In this document: piece by piece, positions 28,582 through 46,492 of the stretch | How the letters are laid out: each line of letters opens with the position of its first letter | Position numbering within the stretch: position 1 is the first letter of the stretch | Assembly (NCBI GenBank): GCA_965112735.1 | Contig: OZ218950.1 | Coordinates: 1,984,001-2,048,000, forward strand | Reading direction: 5' to 3' | DNA length: 64,000 bases | Origin: Phaeosaccion multiseriatum | Lineage: Eukaryota > Protista > Ochrophyta, other classes | Notes under the pieces: generated by a model | The model's input: the letters and a program-made list of their open reading frames with translations, nothing else | What the model was told of the DNA's origin: nothing | Database searches by the model: none | Program-made: the position numbers and the translations under genes

Positions 28582-29879
28582 GGTATCGCTGTGTCTCCGG
28601 GGCCCTCGAGGGGCCGGTTACTCCCCCTCTCGGGCGGGGAGGGGGAGTGCAGGACCGGCTCCGCGTTGAGCCGACCCGAAGATCTCTCTCCTCTCTCTCC
28701 GAGAGCCCCCAAAGCCCCAAAGCCCCCATCTGGTGGCTGCAGCTGAAAGTTGAGACTCAGGGAAATTGGCGACCACGAATTACAACACATTCCCCCTCCT
28801 TTATGATAGGATGGCACTAAAAGGTGGTATTATCTTCTGCAAAAGAACAAAATATATCCAGAAAAGCCAGAGAGACAGGGCGCCTAATTTTACAACTCAC
28901 CTCCCCGTCCCGTGGCGTAGGTCTCTCCGCTCCGCCTCATCCCTTCCTTCCTCCTTCGGCCCACTCGAGAGTCTGAGGCCCCGGCCGAGCACCTTCTGCG
29001 GCGCCTCTGTTTCCCCATTAACACTCCCGAAAGGGTTGGCTCAGCAGGGCGTCAACAGGCCGTGATTTGCGACAAAGCGCGTGGGAAACACCTCATCTGT
29101 CTGTCGTTTTGATTAATGTCTGCGTGTTAGATTTAATTCGTAACGGTGATGGGATGCAGAAAAGGCAATGAAACTGGGAGAGGTCGCTTTTCTGCCTCTT
29201 CTTTCCCGTTGAGACGTGCACCTTTGTGGGGACGAACGCCAAATCGATAAGCGCTTATCGTTCAGCAAGCAAATGTGAAATCAGAGAGCATGAACGCGTA
29301 CTGTCGGAACAGCGGAGGATCGATCAAGAACAGGGTGAACAAGCGCGAAAAAGATTTAAGTCAGGGAAATGAGCGAGGAGAGGGAAAGGCAGTCAGGACC
29401 CCGAGACTTCGAAGCAGAGGAAATGGGGGGTGATGGGCGGTGCTGCTGGTGAGGAGGAGGACCAGGGAGAGGATGAATGTCAACAACGAGGCGGACCAGG
29501 AGGGAAATATGACAAGAACCAACTCATGGGGGGCACGGGGGCGGGCCTCACTTGATCCCACCACGTTGCGATGATCCACATCTTGATGTCGACGAGGACG
29601 AGGACGACGACTTGTTCCACCAGCACGAACAACCACAACAAGAACAAGAAAGAGACGTCATCACAGATATGCTTGCGCCAGGAGCAAGCTGCCGAAGAGC
29701 TCCGGACGCAGTAAACGCGAAGTGCTCATGATAAGCAAGCTTGCTCTGCCAATCGACGAGACAAGTCTCTCTCAGGTGCACATTCGGGTGTTTTTGCCAT
29801 TGCTGAAGAGCCCGTACTTCAAACCGGACCGGCTCCATGGAGCGGATCAAGGCTTGCAGCAGTGGCCAGAGTAGTACAA

Positions 29880-30280
29880 GCAACTGCCGCTCTCAGCCAG
29901 GAAAGCACGGGGATGGCGCCGCTCTACGCTTTGTTCGGCAGACACCCGCCGGTGCCTTTACAGGCGATGTTTCCTGCTCTGGTGGAGGACGGGTTGTTCT
30001 CGTTCGCCTCGGCTTGGGTACATGAGCTGCGGGCACGCCTTGCTTGTTGCTGTGGCTGGCTGCGGAGGTGGCTGGCTGGCTGGTTAACGGGAGACGCTGC
30101 GAATACGACGGGAGGTTGCAGCTGAAGAATGCCTCACACCACTGGCTAACGCCCTTGCAACCAGGGTCCAAGGTGATGTTGTATCGCCCTGGCACAGCCG
30201 CACAGCAAGAGGGGGAAACACTCGAAGGGCCTCCGTCCGCGCAGCCCAAGGCTCTGCAGCATTCGTCCATGCTGCAGCGC
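29880..30280 (+). mobile_element. Degenerate Ty3/Gypsy integrase C-terminal fragment
   Basis: QESTGMAPLYALFGRHP matches the integrase end motif. VNGRRCEYDGRLQLKN...PGSKVMLYR...KALQHS aligns with the 37.4-37.7 kb copy. It is frameshifted. Confidence 0.75.
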
Positions 30281-31044
30281 TCTCTCCTGCCTCACTCTCA
30301 CAGTGAGCGCAGCGAAGGGTCAGAGGGAGCTTATACGAACCTCTTGACCCTAGACCTAACCACCCAGCATTTCACAACACAACGTTTCACTTTGTACGGC
30401 GGACTAAATCAAATGCCGTTTCGTTAGTGGGTTGAACGTGTCGCCAGCCTGTGATTGTTTTTATCTCTGGAAGGGTCCAAAGTGTGTTAGTATATATAAT
30501 ATAAAAAAAAAAGAAAGGGGGAAATCGTGCCTTTGAAGAATAACGGAATGACCGTAATGACCGTAGTATGCGGGGCATGAAAGCATCGCCTCCGGCCTCT
30601 TCTCTCACGGACAGGCTGAACTTGAATGCGATATTTTGGTGGAAAGCGTGACGAGGTATTGCCTCCGGTGGCACAAGCCATCTCTGCCTGGAGAGGGTTA
30701 AGGTAAGAGCCGAAACGAGAGGGGGGCTGCTGCTCTTTGTCCCTTCTGCGCTCTCTCTGTATCAAACAGGATTGTACTGGGGGTGCTGTAGATGGCTTTC
30801 TTCGTATGCCGTGCTGATGCGGCACTGTTATGCTGTTCCGTATCATCGGGCAGCTCCTACTGACCCTTTCTCACCGCCACATGACTTAAGGGCCTGCTAT
30901 TCATCCTCCTCCTCTCTTTCCTCCTCCTCTCTTCCCTCGTTTCCCCTGCGCTACGCCGCTCTGTCTCGGCTCATGACTTGCTGCCCTGCATGGCCAGGCA
31001 TACACAACCGTGTAGCGCCCAAGGAAACAACAAACACCACCCCC

Positions 31045-34000
31045 ATGGTTGCCATGAAGACCAAGGTCGCTACTCTAGCCGCCTTCCTGGCCTTCATCTC
31101 CCCCTTCGCCGGTGGCGACGTGGCGACCGTTGATTCCACGCGGAATCAAACGTCGCCTGAGCATATCCCTTACAGTAGCGCTGACACGCCTGTCTGGACG
31201 GAGCCTCCTACCACAATCGAGCACTCCGACTCGTCTGATTGGACGGACTCCGCTGGCTCGGAGGAGCCTTCAAGCGTGGACTCGCATGTCTGGACCGGGC
31301 ATCCAAAGGCCACCGAGCCCCCCACGCATGCACCCAGGTGGACTGCCTACCCAACACCTGAGCCTACCTGGAGCGCCCCTCCGACCCCCGAACCCACCTG
31401 GACGGACGCTCCTACCCCGACGCCGATGATGAAGGTAAGGTATCACACGGATGGCCGCACCGTGCTTTGCCTATCGAGTGCTTGTGCCAGACTGTCTCCT
31501 CATGGTCTAAGCCTCGCCCTCTCCCCTCCACTTCCTTACGGTCTTGGCTCCCCCAACAACAGCCGCCCACTCCCACCCCGGTCTGGACGGAGCCTCCCAC
31601 TGACGCTCCCGTCTGGACGGAGCCTCCCACTCACCCCCCTCTCTGGACGGAGCCCCCCATCGATGGGCCGGTCTGGACGGAGCCACCCACTGACCCTCCG
31701 GTCTGGACGGAGCCTCCCACTGACGCTCCCGTCTGGACGGAGCCCCCCACTCACCCACCTGTCTGGACGGAGCCCCCCACCGATGCGCCGGTCTGGACGG
31801 AGCCTCCCACTGACCCTCCGGTCTGGACGGAGCCTCCCACTGACGCTCCCGTCTGGACGGAGCCTCCCACCCACCCCCCCGTCTGGACGGAGCCTCCCAC
31901 TCAACCCCCGGTCTGGACGGAGCCCCCCACCGATGCGCCGGTCTGGACGGAGCCTCCTACTGACGCTCCCGTCTGGACGGAGCCGCCCACCCCTGCACCC
32001 GTGTGGACGGAGCCGCCCACTCACCCACCGGTCTGGACGGAGCCGCCCACCCCTGCACCCGTCTGGACGGAGCCGCCCACCCCTGCACCCGTCTGGACGG
32101 AGCCGCCCACCCCTGCACCCGTGTGGACGGAGCCGCCCACTCACCCACCGGTCTGGACGGAGCCACCCACCCCTGCACCCATCTGGACGGAGCCGCCCAC
32201 CCCTGCACCCGTGTGGACGGAGCCGCCCACTCACCCACCGGTCTGGACGGAGCCGCCCACCCCTGCACCCGTATGGACGGAGCCGCCCACTCACCCACCG
32301 GTCTGGACGGAGCCGCCCACCCCTGCACCCGTCTGGACGGAGCCGCCCACCCCTGCACCCGTGTGGACGGAGCCGCCCACCCCTGCACCCGTCTGGACGG
32401 AGCCGCCCACCCCTGCACCCGTGTGGACGGAGCCGCCCACCCCTGCACCCGTGTGGACGGAGCCGCCCACTCACCCACCGGTCTGGACGGAGCCGCCCAC
32501 CCCTGCACCCGTGTGGACGGAGCCGCCCACCCCTGCACCCGTGTGGACGGAGCCGCCCACTCACCCACCTGTCTGGACGGAGCCGCCCACCCCTGCACCC
32601 GTGTGGACGGAGCCGCCCACCCCTGCACCCGTGTGGACGGAGCCGCCCACCCCTGCACCCGTGTGGACGGAGCCGCCCACCCCTGCACCCGTGTGGACGG
32701 AGCCGCCCACTCACCCACCGGTCTGGACGGAGCCGCCCACCCCTGCACCCGTCTGGACGGAGCCGCCCACCCCTGCACCCGTGTGGACGGAGCCGCCCAC
32801 TCACCCACCTGTCTGGACGGAGCCGCCCACCCCTGCACCCGTGTGGACGGAGCCGCCCACCCCTGCACCCGTGTGGACGGAGCCGCCCACTCACCCCCCG
32901 GTCTGGACGGAGCCGCCCACCCCTGCACCCGTTTGGACGGAGCCGCCCACCCCTGCACCCGTGTGGACGGAGCCGCCCACTCACCCACCGGTCTGGACGG
33001 AGCCGCCCACTCACCCACCTGTCTGGACGGAGCCGCCCACTCACCCACCGGTCTGGACGGAGCCGCCCACTCACCCCCCGGTCTGGACGGAGCCTCCCAC
33101 TCACCCCCCGGTCTGGACGGAGCCTCCCACTCACCCCCCGGTCTGGACGGAGCCTCCCACTCACCCACCGGTCTGGACGGAGCCGCCCACCCACCCCCCT
33201 GTCTGGACGGAGCCGCCCACTGACGCTCCGGTCTGGACGGAGCCTCCCACTCACCCCCCGGTCTGGACGGAGCCGCCCACCCCTGCACCCGTCTGGACGG
33301 AGCCGCCCACCCACCCACCCGTCTGGACGGAGCCCCCCACTCACCCACCGGTCTGGACGGAGCCGCCCGCTCACCCTCCGGTCTGGACGGAACCTCCCAC
33401 TCACCCCCCGGTCTGGACGGAGCCGCCCACCCATCCACCGGTCTGGACGGAACCCCCCACTCACCCACCGGTCTGGACGGAGCCTCCCACTCACCCACCT
33501 GTCTGGACGGAACCCCCCACTCACCCACCGGTCTGGACGGAGCCTCCCACTCACCCCCCGGTCTGGACGGAGCCGCCCACTCACCCACCGGTCTGGACGG
33601 AGCCGCCCACTCACCCACCGGTCTGGACGGAGCCGCCCACCCACCCACCGGTCTGGACGGAGCCGCCCACCCACCCACCGGTCTGGACGGAGCCTCCCAC
33701 CCACCCTCCGGTCTGGACGGAACCCCCCACTCACCCACCGGTCTGGACGGAGCCTCCCACTCACCCACCGGTCTGGACGGAGCCGCCCACTCACCCCCCG
33801 GTCTGGACGGAGCCGCCCACTCACCCACCGGTCTGGACGGAGCCGCCCACTCACCCCCCGGTCTGGACGGAGCCGCCCACTCACCCCCCGGTCTGGACGG
33901 AGCCTCCCACCCACCCCCCGGTCTGGACGGAGCCGCCCACCCACCCCCCGGTCTGGACGGAGCCGCCCACCCACCCCCCGGTCTGGACGGAGCCTCCCAC

Positions 34001-35123
34001 TCACCCACCGGTCTGGATGGAGCCTCCCACTCACCCACCGGTCTGGACGGAGCCCCCCACTCACCCACCGGTCTGGACGGAGCCGCCCACTCACCCTCCG
34101 GTCTGGACGGAGCCTCCCACTCACCCACCGGTCTGGACGGAGCCACCCACCCACGCTCCCGTCTGGACGGAGCCTCCCACTCACCCACCGGTCTGGACGG
34201 AGCCTCCCACTGATGCTCCCGCGTGGACGGAGCCGCCCACTCACCCTCCGGTCTGGACGGAGCCGCCCACTCACCCACCGGTCTGGACGGAGCCGCCCAC
34301 TCACCCACCGGTCTGGACGGAGCCGCCCACTCACCCCCCGGTCTGGACGGAGCCGCCCACCCACCCACCGGTCTGGACGGAGCCGCCCACTCACCCTCCG
34401 GTCTGGACGGAGCCTCCCACCCACCCTCCGGTCTGGACGGAACCCCCCACTCACCCCCCGGTCTGGACGGAGCCTCCCACTCACCCACCGGTCTGGACGG
34501 AGCCGCCCACACACCCACCCGTCTGGACGGAGCCGCCCACTCACCCCCCGGTCTGGACGGAGCCGCCGACCCACCCCCCTGTCTGGACGGAGCCGCCCAC
34601 TTACGCTCCCGTCTGGACGGAGCCTCCCACTCACCCACCGGTCTGGACGGAGCCTCCCGCTGACGCTCCCGTCTGGACGGAACCCCCCACTCACCCCCCT
34701 CTCTGGACGGAGCCTCCCACCCACGCTCCCGTCTGGACGGAGCCTCCCACTGACCCTCCGGTCTGGACGGAGCCTCCCACTGACGCTCCGGTCTGGACGG
34801 AGCCTCCCACGCATCCACCAGCCAAGAAGGACCTTCCCACCCACGATCCCCTCTGGACGAAGCCTCCCACTCACCCACCGGTCTGGACTGACCCTCCCAC
34901 TGACGCTCCCGTCTGGACAGAGCATCCCACAGACACGCCAACGCCCGCCTGGACTGACTTTTTCACGGACGCGCCCACGTCGGACTGGAAGGAGCTTCCC
35001 ACTCACGCCCCAACGCCAGCCTGGACGGAGCTACCCACGCGCACACCCACGGGAGGACAGCTAGGCGAAGAACCATACGAAGCGGAGGAGGGGCCGGGGG
35101 GCGCCGAGGCGCGGCAACCATAA
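31045..35123 (+). CDS. Secreted Pro/Thr/Trp-rich tandem-repeat protein, about 1316 aa (exons 31045-31434, 31563-35123)
   Basis: Signal peptide MKTKVATLAAFLAFISPFAGG. A phase-0 intron (gtaagg...caacag) joins exon 1 to the VWTEPPT frame. Exon 1 already has degenerate WTEPPT units. Variation in the array is largely synonymous in this frame. Confidence 0.85.
31581..34820 (+). repeat. 30-bp coding minisatellite, about 108 units, no indels
   Basis: gtctggacggagccgcccactcacccaccg-type units hold perfect register, two per 60-bp line over 54 lines. Confidence 0.99.
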
Positions 35124-35343
35124 GGCCTTAAGGCTACACTTGTGAAGTTGATTTGTAATATACATGCTCTTTTATCGCCCTCCCCTCCATGCCGCGCTCT
35201 CTATCTCCGCATGACTGTCTTCGCCAGTCGCACCACCCTAGAGGTGTCTCTTGGCCCGAGGGTCCCTCTCATTGACGTGTGTGCTGTCTCCATTTATTCG
35301 ATTGATCCGATAGAGAGAAGTAGAGAGGGAGAGAGAGAGAAAC

Positions 35344-35395
<52 letters not shown>

Positions 35396-35747
35396 AGAGA
35401 TAGAGGGAGAGGGAGAGAGAGATAGAGAAAGAGTTTTTTTAGCGCTGCGAGATGCCAGACTGCCACCTCGATAAGTGAAAACGGGGTTCACAGCGGGGTT
35501 GTTGTCAACCTGTGTGTGTGGACTTCCGTTCTGAAATGTTGACTCTTCGTGCTGGAGAAGGAAGGAGCTAGGGAGGCGTATCCTGGGCCCCTGTACGTGT
35601 TGAACCGTACCGACGCTGCGCCGCCCGTGCTGCGTGCTTCGATAACCAGGCAAAAGGGCATTCTGTAGCGCCCGCCGCTGCGCTGAGTTTTTGGGCGCTG
35701 CTGGAGAGAGAAGTAGCGTGGCCAAGAGGCGCTTTGGCCTCTTTTCC

Positions 35748-37047
35748 CGTTGCAAGGCAGTCTCAGTGCTCTGCTGCTGCGTCACTGGCCCGCGAGCCCC
35801 ACTCCAAAGCTCGATGTCAGCACAGCTGCTGTGGTTCGGCCAACCTCGCTGAGCGTTGCAGGACAGCCTCATTGCTCTGCTGCTGCTGCGTCACTGTGTC
35901 GTGAGCTCCACTCGACAGCTCGATGTCATTGCACGGCTGCTGTGCTTCGACCAAGCTCGCGGAGCGTTGCAGGGCCGCCTCAGTGCTCTGCGGCTGCTGC
36001 GTCACTGTGTCGTGAGCTCCACTCGCAGCTCCATTGCGCGGCTGCTGTGCTTTGACCTAGCTCGCTGAGCGTTGCAAGGCAGCCTCATTGCTCTGCTGCT
36101 GTGGCCCTCTCTCGTCCGCTCCACTTTACCACTCCATGTCATTGCACTGCTGCTGTGCTTCGACCAAGCTCACTGAGCGTTGCAGGGCAGCCTCAGTGCT
36201 CTGCTGCTGCGTCATTGGCTCGTGAGCTCCACTCGACCGCTCCATGTCCTTGCACGGCTGCTGTGCTTCGATCAAGCTCGCGAAGCGTTGCAGGGCCGCC
36301 TCAGTGCTCTGCGGCTTCGTCACTGTCTCGTGAGCTTCACTCGACACCTCGATGTCCTTGCACTCCTGCTGTACTTCGCCCAAGCTCGCTAAGCGTTGCA
36401 GGGCAGCCAGAGAGCTCTGCTGGTGCGTCACTGGCTCGTGAGCTCCACTCGACAGCTCCATGTCATTGCACTGCTGCTGGGCTTCGACCAAGCTCACTGA
36501 GCGTTGTAGGGCAGCCTCAGTGCTCTGCTGCTGTGTCGTGAGCTCCACTCGACCGCTCCATGTCCTTGCACGGCTGCTGTGCTTCGATCAAGCTCGCGGA
36601 GAGTTTCAGGGCCGCCTCAGTGCTCTGCGGCTTCGTCACTGTCTCGTGAGCTTCACTCGACGGCTCGATGTCCTTGCACTGCTGCTGTACTTCGCCCAAG
36701 CTCGCTGAGCGTTGCAGGGCAGTCACAGTGCTCTGCTGCTGCGTCACTGGCTCGTGAGGTCCACTCGACAGCTCGATGTCATTGCACTGCTGCTGTGCTT
36801 CGACCAAGCTCGCTGAGCGTTTGCAGGGCAGCCTCATTGCTCTGCTGCTGCTGTGTCATTGTCACCGGAGCTCCACTCGACAGCTCGATGCCGCGCCCTG
36901 CTTCGACGCAGGTCCTGAGCGTTACAGGGCAGCCTCATTTCTCTGCTGCTGCTGCGTCACTGTCTCGTCCGCTCCGCTCGACAGCTCGATGTCATTGAAC
37001 TGCTGCGGTGCTTCGACCAAGCTCGCTGAGCGTTGCAGGGCAGCCTC
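35748..37047. repeat. About 108-bp tandem repeat, about 12 diverged units; the minus strand reads as a 36-aa coiled-coil-like repeat with frameshifts
   Basis: cgttgcagggcagcctcagtgctctgctgctgcgtcactgg... recurs at 35748, 35854, 35965, 36070, 36178, 36286, 36394, 36502 and onward to 37031. Confidence 0.93.
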
Positions 37048-38223
37048 ATAAGGTCATGCAGCGCAGCACAGTGTACCTGTCCATGAAACGAGTGCGAGAC
37101 GATGAATTGGAGCAGCTGCATCGGGCGTACCATAGAGACTTGACAAAGCCGTTCATCGATGGTGTGAGCGAGCTGCCTTCCGGCCTTGCTTCCGGCAGGG
37201 TTCGCCAGGTATCATATATCCGCTGATGTTCGCCGCAGTGGGCTACCAGCTCGATGCAGGAGCGGCGTAGCTTAGAGCTGGACGAGGTGAGTGACGGGAG
37301 AGTGCCCACGCGAGCAAGGATTGTGAAATTCCGCTGGCGCAAGGCCACGGGGCTGCCGCTGCGGCGAGAGTACAATGTTCGGTGGGCAGTGGCGGAGGGC
37401 GGCACGTTCCAGACCTGGGAGTGGGCGGAGTTGGCCGCAGCGGCAGAGGTCGTCAACGGGCGGCGCAGTGAGTACCTGGGGCGGTTGCAGCTGAAAAACC
37501 TCTCGCGGCAGTGGCCAGTCCCGCCAACCCCGGGAAAGAAGGTGTGGTTGTATAGGGGGGAGGAGCAGGCCACGGTCCAAGAGGATGAGCGCCAGGAAGA
37601 CGGAGGTGACGGGTCCACGGGGACACAGCGCCCTCGCCTCAAAGCACTTCGGCACTCCTGGGATGGACCGTACAAGGTCTTAGCATGGCCGTCCCACCCT
37701 GTGTATTGCGGCCAGCATGGGACTGTGAGCGAGGAGCACTATGACGTGTTGCAGCGCAGCACGGTGTATTTGGCAGTGCCGCGCGTGCGCGGTCGGGGAG
37801 TGGAGGCGCGGGAGCAGGCCTACCACCTGGAGTTGACGAAACCGTATGTGGATGGGGTCAGTGAGCGGCCACCGGGATTGCCAGACGGTTTCGCACGGTA
37901 TCACATCCAGTGCGTGGTGTTCGACCCACTGGACCACCAGCCCGCAGTAGGAGCACCGGCGCCTGGAGTCCGGCGATATGCGTGCGAATAGTGGGGGGGA
38001 GGGTCCGCAGCTGGACAAGGTCGTCCGGCTGCGGTTTCGCAAAGCCACGGGGTTCCCCGTGCGGAAGGAGTATGGGGTGCGATGGAGGCTCAAGGCGGGG
38101 GGGTCGTTCCACACGTGGGAATGGGAGGACTGGCTGGAAGAGCGGGGTTATTATAGCACGCTCTTGGAGTTTGAGAAGGCGCTGCCGATGGAGGCGCTGG
38201 ACCCGAGCACGAACGTGAAATGA
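37048..38223 (+). mobile_element. Two tandem 3' pol fragments of a chromodomain-containing Ty3/Gypsy retrotransposon
   Basis: GPY/F module PGKKVWLYR...KALRHSWDGPYKVL. Chromodomain-like segments ARIVKFRWRK...EYNVRW...QTWEW and DKVVRLRFRK...EYGVRW...HTWEWEDWL...LLEFEK. Stops and frameshifts are present. Confidence 0.8.
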
Positions 38224-38369
38224 GGCTACAGGTCACGGCGGGAGAGCACCATCCGCAAGCGGCTGCACGTGACGTGGAAACTGGGACTCACGCACGAGAC
38301 GCAGCGGTGCACTTCGCTCCTTGGTTGTTGACGGACGGGTTGCGGCGGGGGGTGCACAACTGGCGCATG

Positions 38370-38600
38370 ACGGGAGCGGGTGAGTTGTCACTGTAGTGTG
38401 TAACTGTAGATTATCCGAAGACGGTTATCCGACGACCAGAATGTAAGGTCGGAGGGCCACGCAAGTATCTGTTGGCGGGCGGGCTTGGGCGAACTGGGCT
38501 TGTGGGCCTAAGTAATATAAGATTCACATAGACTCTAACTGCCTGGGCTTCAGGCTAACTCTTAGGAGTGAAGTGAACTAGAACTACTTTTGGGTACTAC
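38370..38600 (+). mobile_element. Possible polypurine tract and start of the 3' LTR (extent unknown)
   Basis: Purine-rich acgggagcgggtgagt followed by TGTCAC about 150 bp after the pol stop codon, with a TATA-like taatataag at ~38513. No partner LTR is visible. Confidence 0.3.
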
Positions 38601-39635
38601 CTGATGTCGGGACCCAAAGCGTTGTAAATCGCATCCTCGCCAAGGAGAGCATGTAAAGAGTACCAAATCGGCGCATGGTCATGAGGTATAGCCTCGCGTT
38701 GTATCTGGTCCATATCTATCGTCATACCCTCTCTTCCCCCTCGATCGAGGGTCAGGATGACGACGAAAAGGGGCCCTTCACACTTGAAAATTCTCTCCCT
38801 CGCTCTGTAGCTCCTGAAAGGACACTTCGAGCTGCCCAGCACTCAGCAGACTATGTATCCCTCAAGTCTTCTCAAGGGTTTCATATCTCGTGGTCTGCTG
38901 GTCGCACACGCTCCTCCCTCTCCTCACCATTTTTGAGGTGAAAACTGCTGCCATAAGTGTTTCCATCTCGCCTCACCCCTTCTGCTCCACAGCACCTGCA
39001 ATCGCACTCTTAGCTGCTCAACGTCGACTTCCATATGTAGGTCGCAGTCTGCTCAAAGCCATTCCTCCCTCATGGGCTCTTGCTCGCACACGCTCTTCCC
39101 CCACTCCCCCCTTGTTTGAGCCCAAATTCCCGCCAAAGCAACGGACATTTCAGCTCCACATGTTAGCCCACTATCTCCTAAGATCGCGCTCCCAGCTTCA
39201 CATCGGCTATTTGACTACATAATCCGTATTCAGCCCGAAGATTATCACCTCTTGTTTGAGCTACGCCTCTCTCTTTCTCCCTTGTTCAGGGGCCAAGATC
39301 TCGTCAACATAGCAGCACATTTCACCTCCTAAATCGCTCTATACAGACGCAACAATCAGACTTTAGGCTGCTCAACATCTATAATACTGTCTTTGCCTCA
39401 GATCTCCCGAAGCGCTTCGCCTGTGGTGCTCGGTAGCGTGCGTAATACCTCTTTTCCTATAGTAGACATACTACAATACTACAATAGACACACAAGGGTT
39501 CTTCGCCTTTGATGACATAATATTCTCCCCTCTTGATATCGATATCCCCTCCTGTTCTCGCTGTTCTCTTTCAAAGAAATCCACATTCCCGGCAAAACAA
39601 ACAAACAAACAAACACACACACAACACACAAGGCC

Positions 39636-41979
<2,344 letters not shown>

Positions 41980-42220
41980 GGAGCCAAACAGGTGGAGGAG
42001 TTAAGTTTGGCTTCTTCCAACGCAGCAGCAGCAGCAGAGGGTAGCAAGTAAGCGGCTCGAGTGGAGTAGGAGTATGTGGTTATTTCTGTCTTACGCTCGC
42101 TTCGTATCTTGTTTTGTCTGCTGCCACACCGCTTCTAGACTGTGCATAAGGATATATATATATATAATATATATAATTTATATACATACATCATGAAGAG
42201 AAAACATGTCATCAAATCCA

Positions 42221-46265
<4,045 letters not shown>

Positions 46266-46492
46266 CTTGAGCTCGGAATTATTATTCGTGTTCACCCAAC
46301 ACAGAGCTCCCGCCTGTCCGGAGAGGCAGAGGGAGAGGGATAATCGAAGAGAGATAGGATCGGACAAAATCAGAATCAAAATCAACGGCCGAGATGGCAG
46401 TCGACGGCCTGGCGGATCGAAATCCGTTGAGTGCCGGTTTTCCATATTCCTTCCTTTGCCAGACCTTTTACCGACAAAGACTGACGTGCAAC

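Noticed and set aside
29360-29880. Coding-like GC-rich fragments upstream of the Gypsy remnant
   Set aside because: Interrupted by stops, and no family could be recognised.
30772-35064. Long overlapping ORFs in other frames and strands of the 30-bp array (1430, 1156 and 994 aa)
   Set aside because: They are by-products of a stop-poor repeat. Only the VWTEPPT frame links to the signal-peptide exon and shows synonymous variation.
31581-37047. CRISPR-like reading of the regular repeats
   Set aside because: There are no unique spacers and no cas genes, and the context is eukaryotic. These are head-to-tail tandem repeats.
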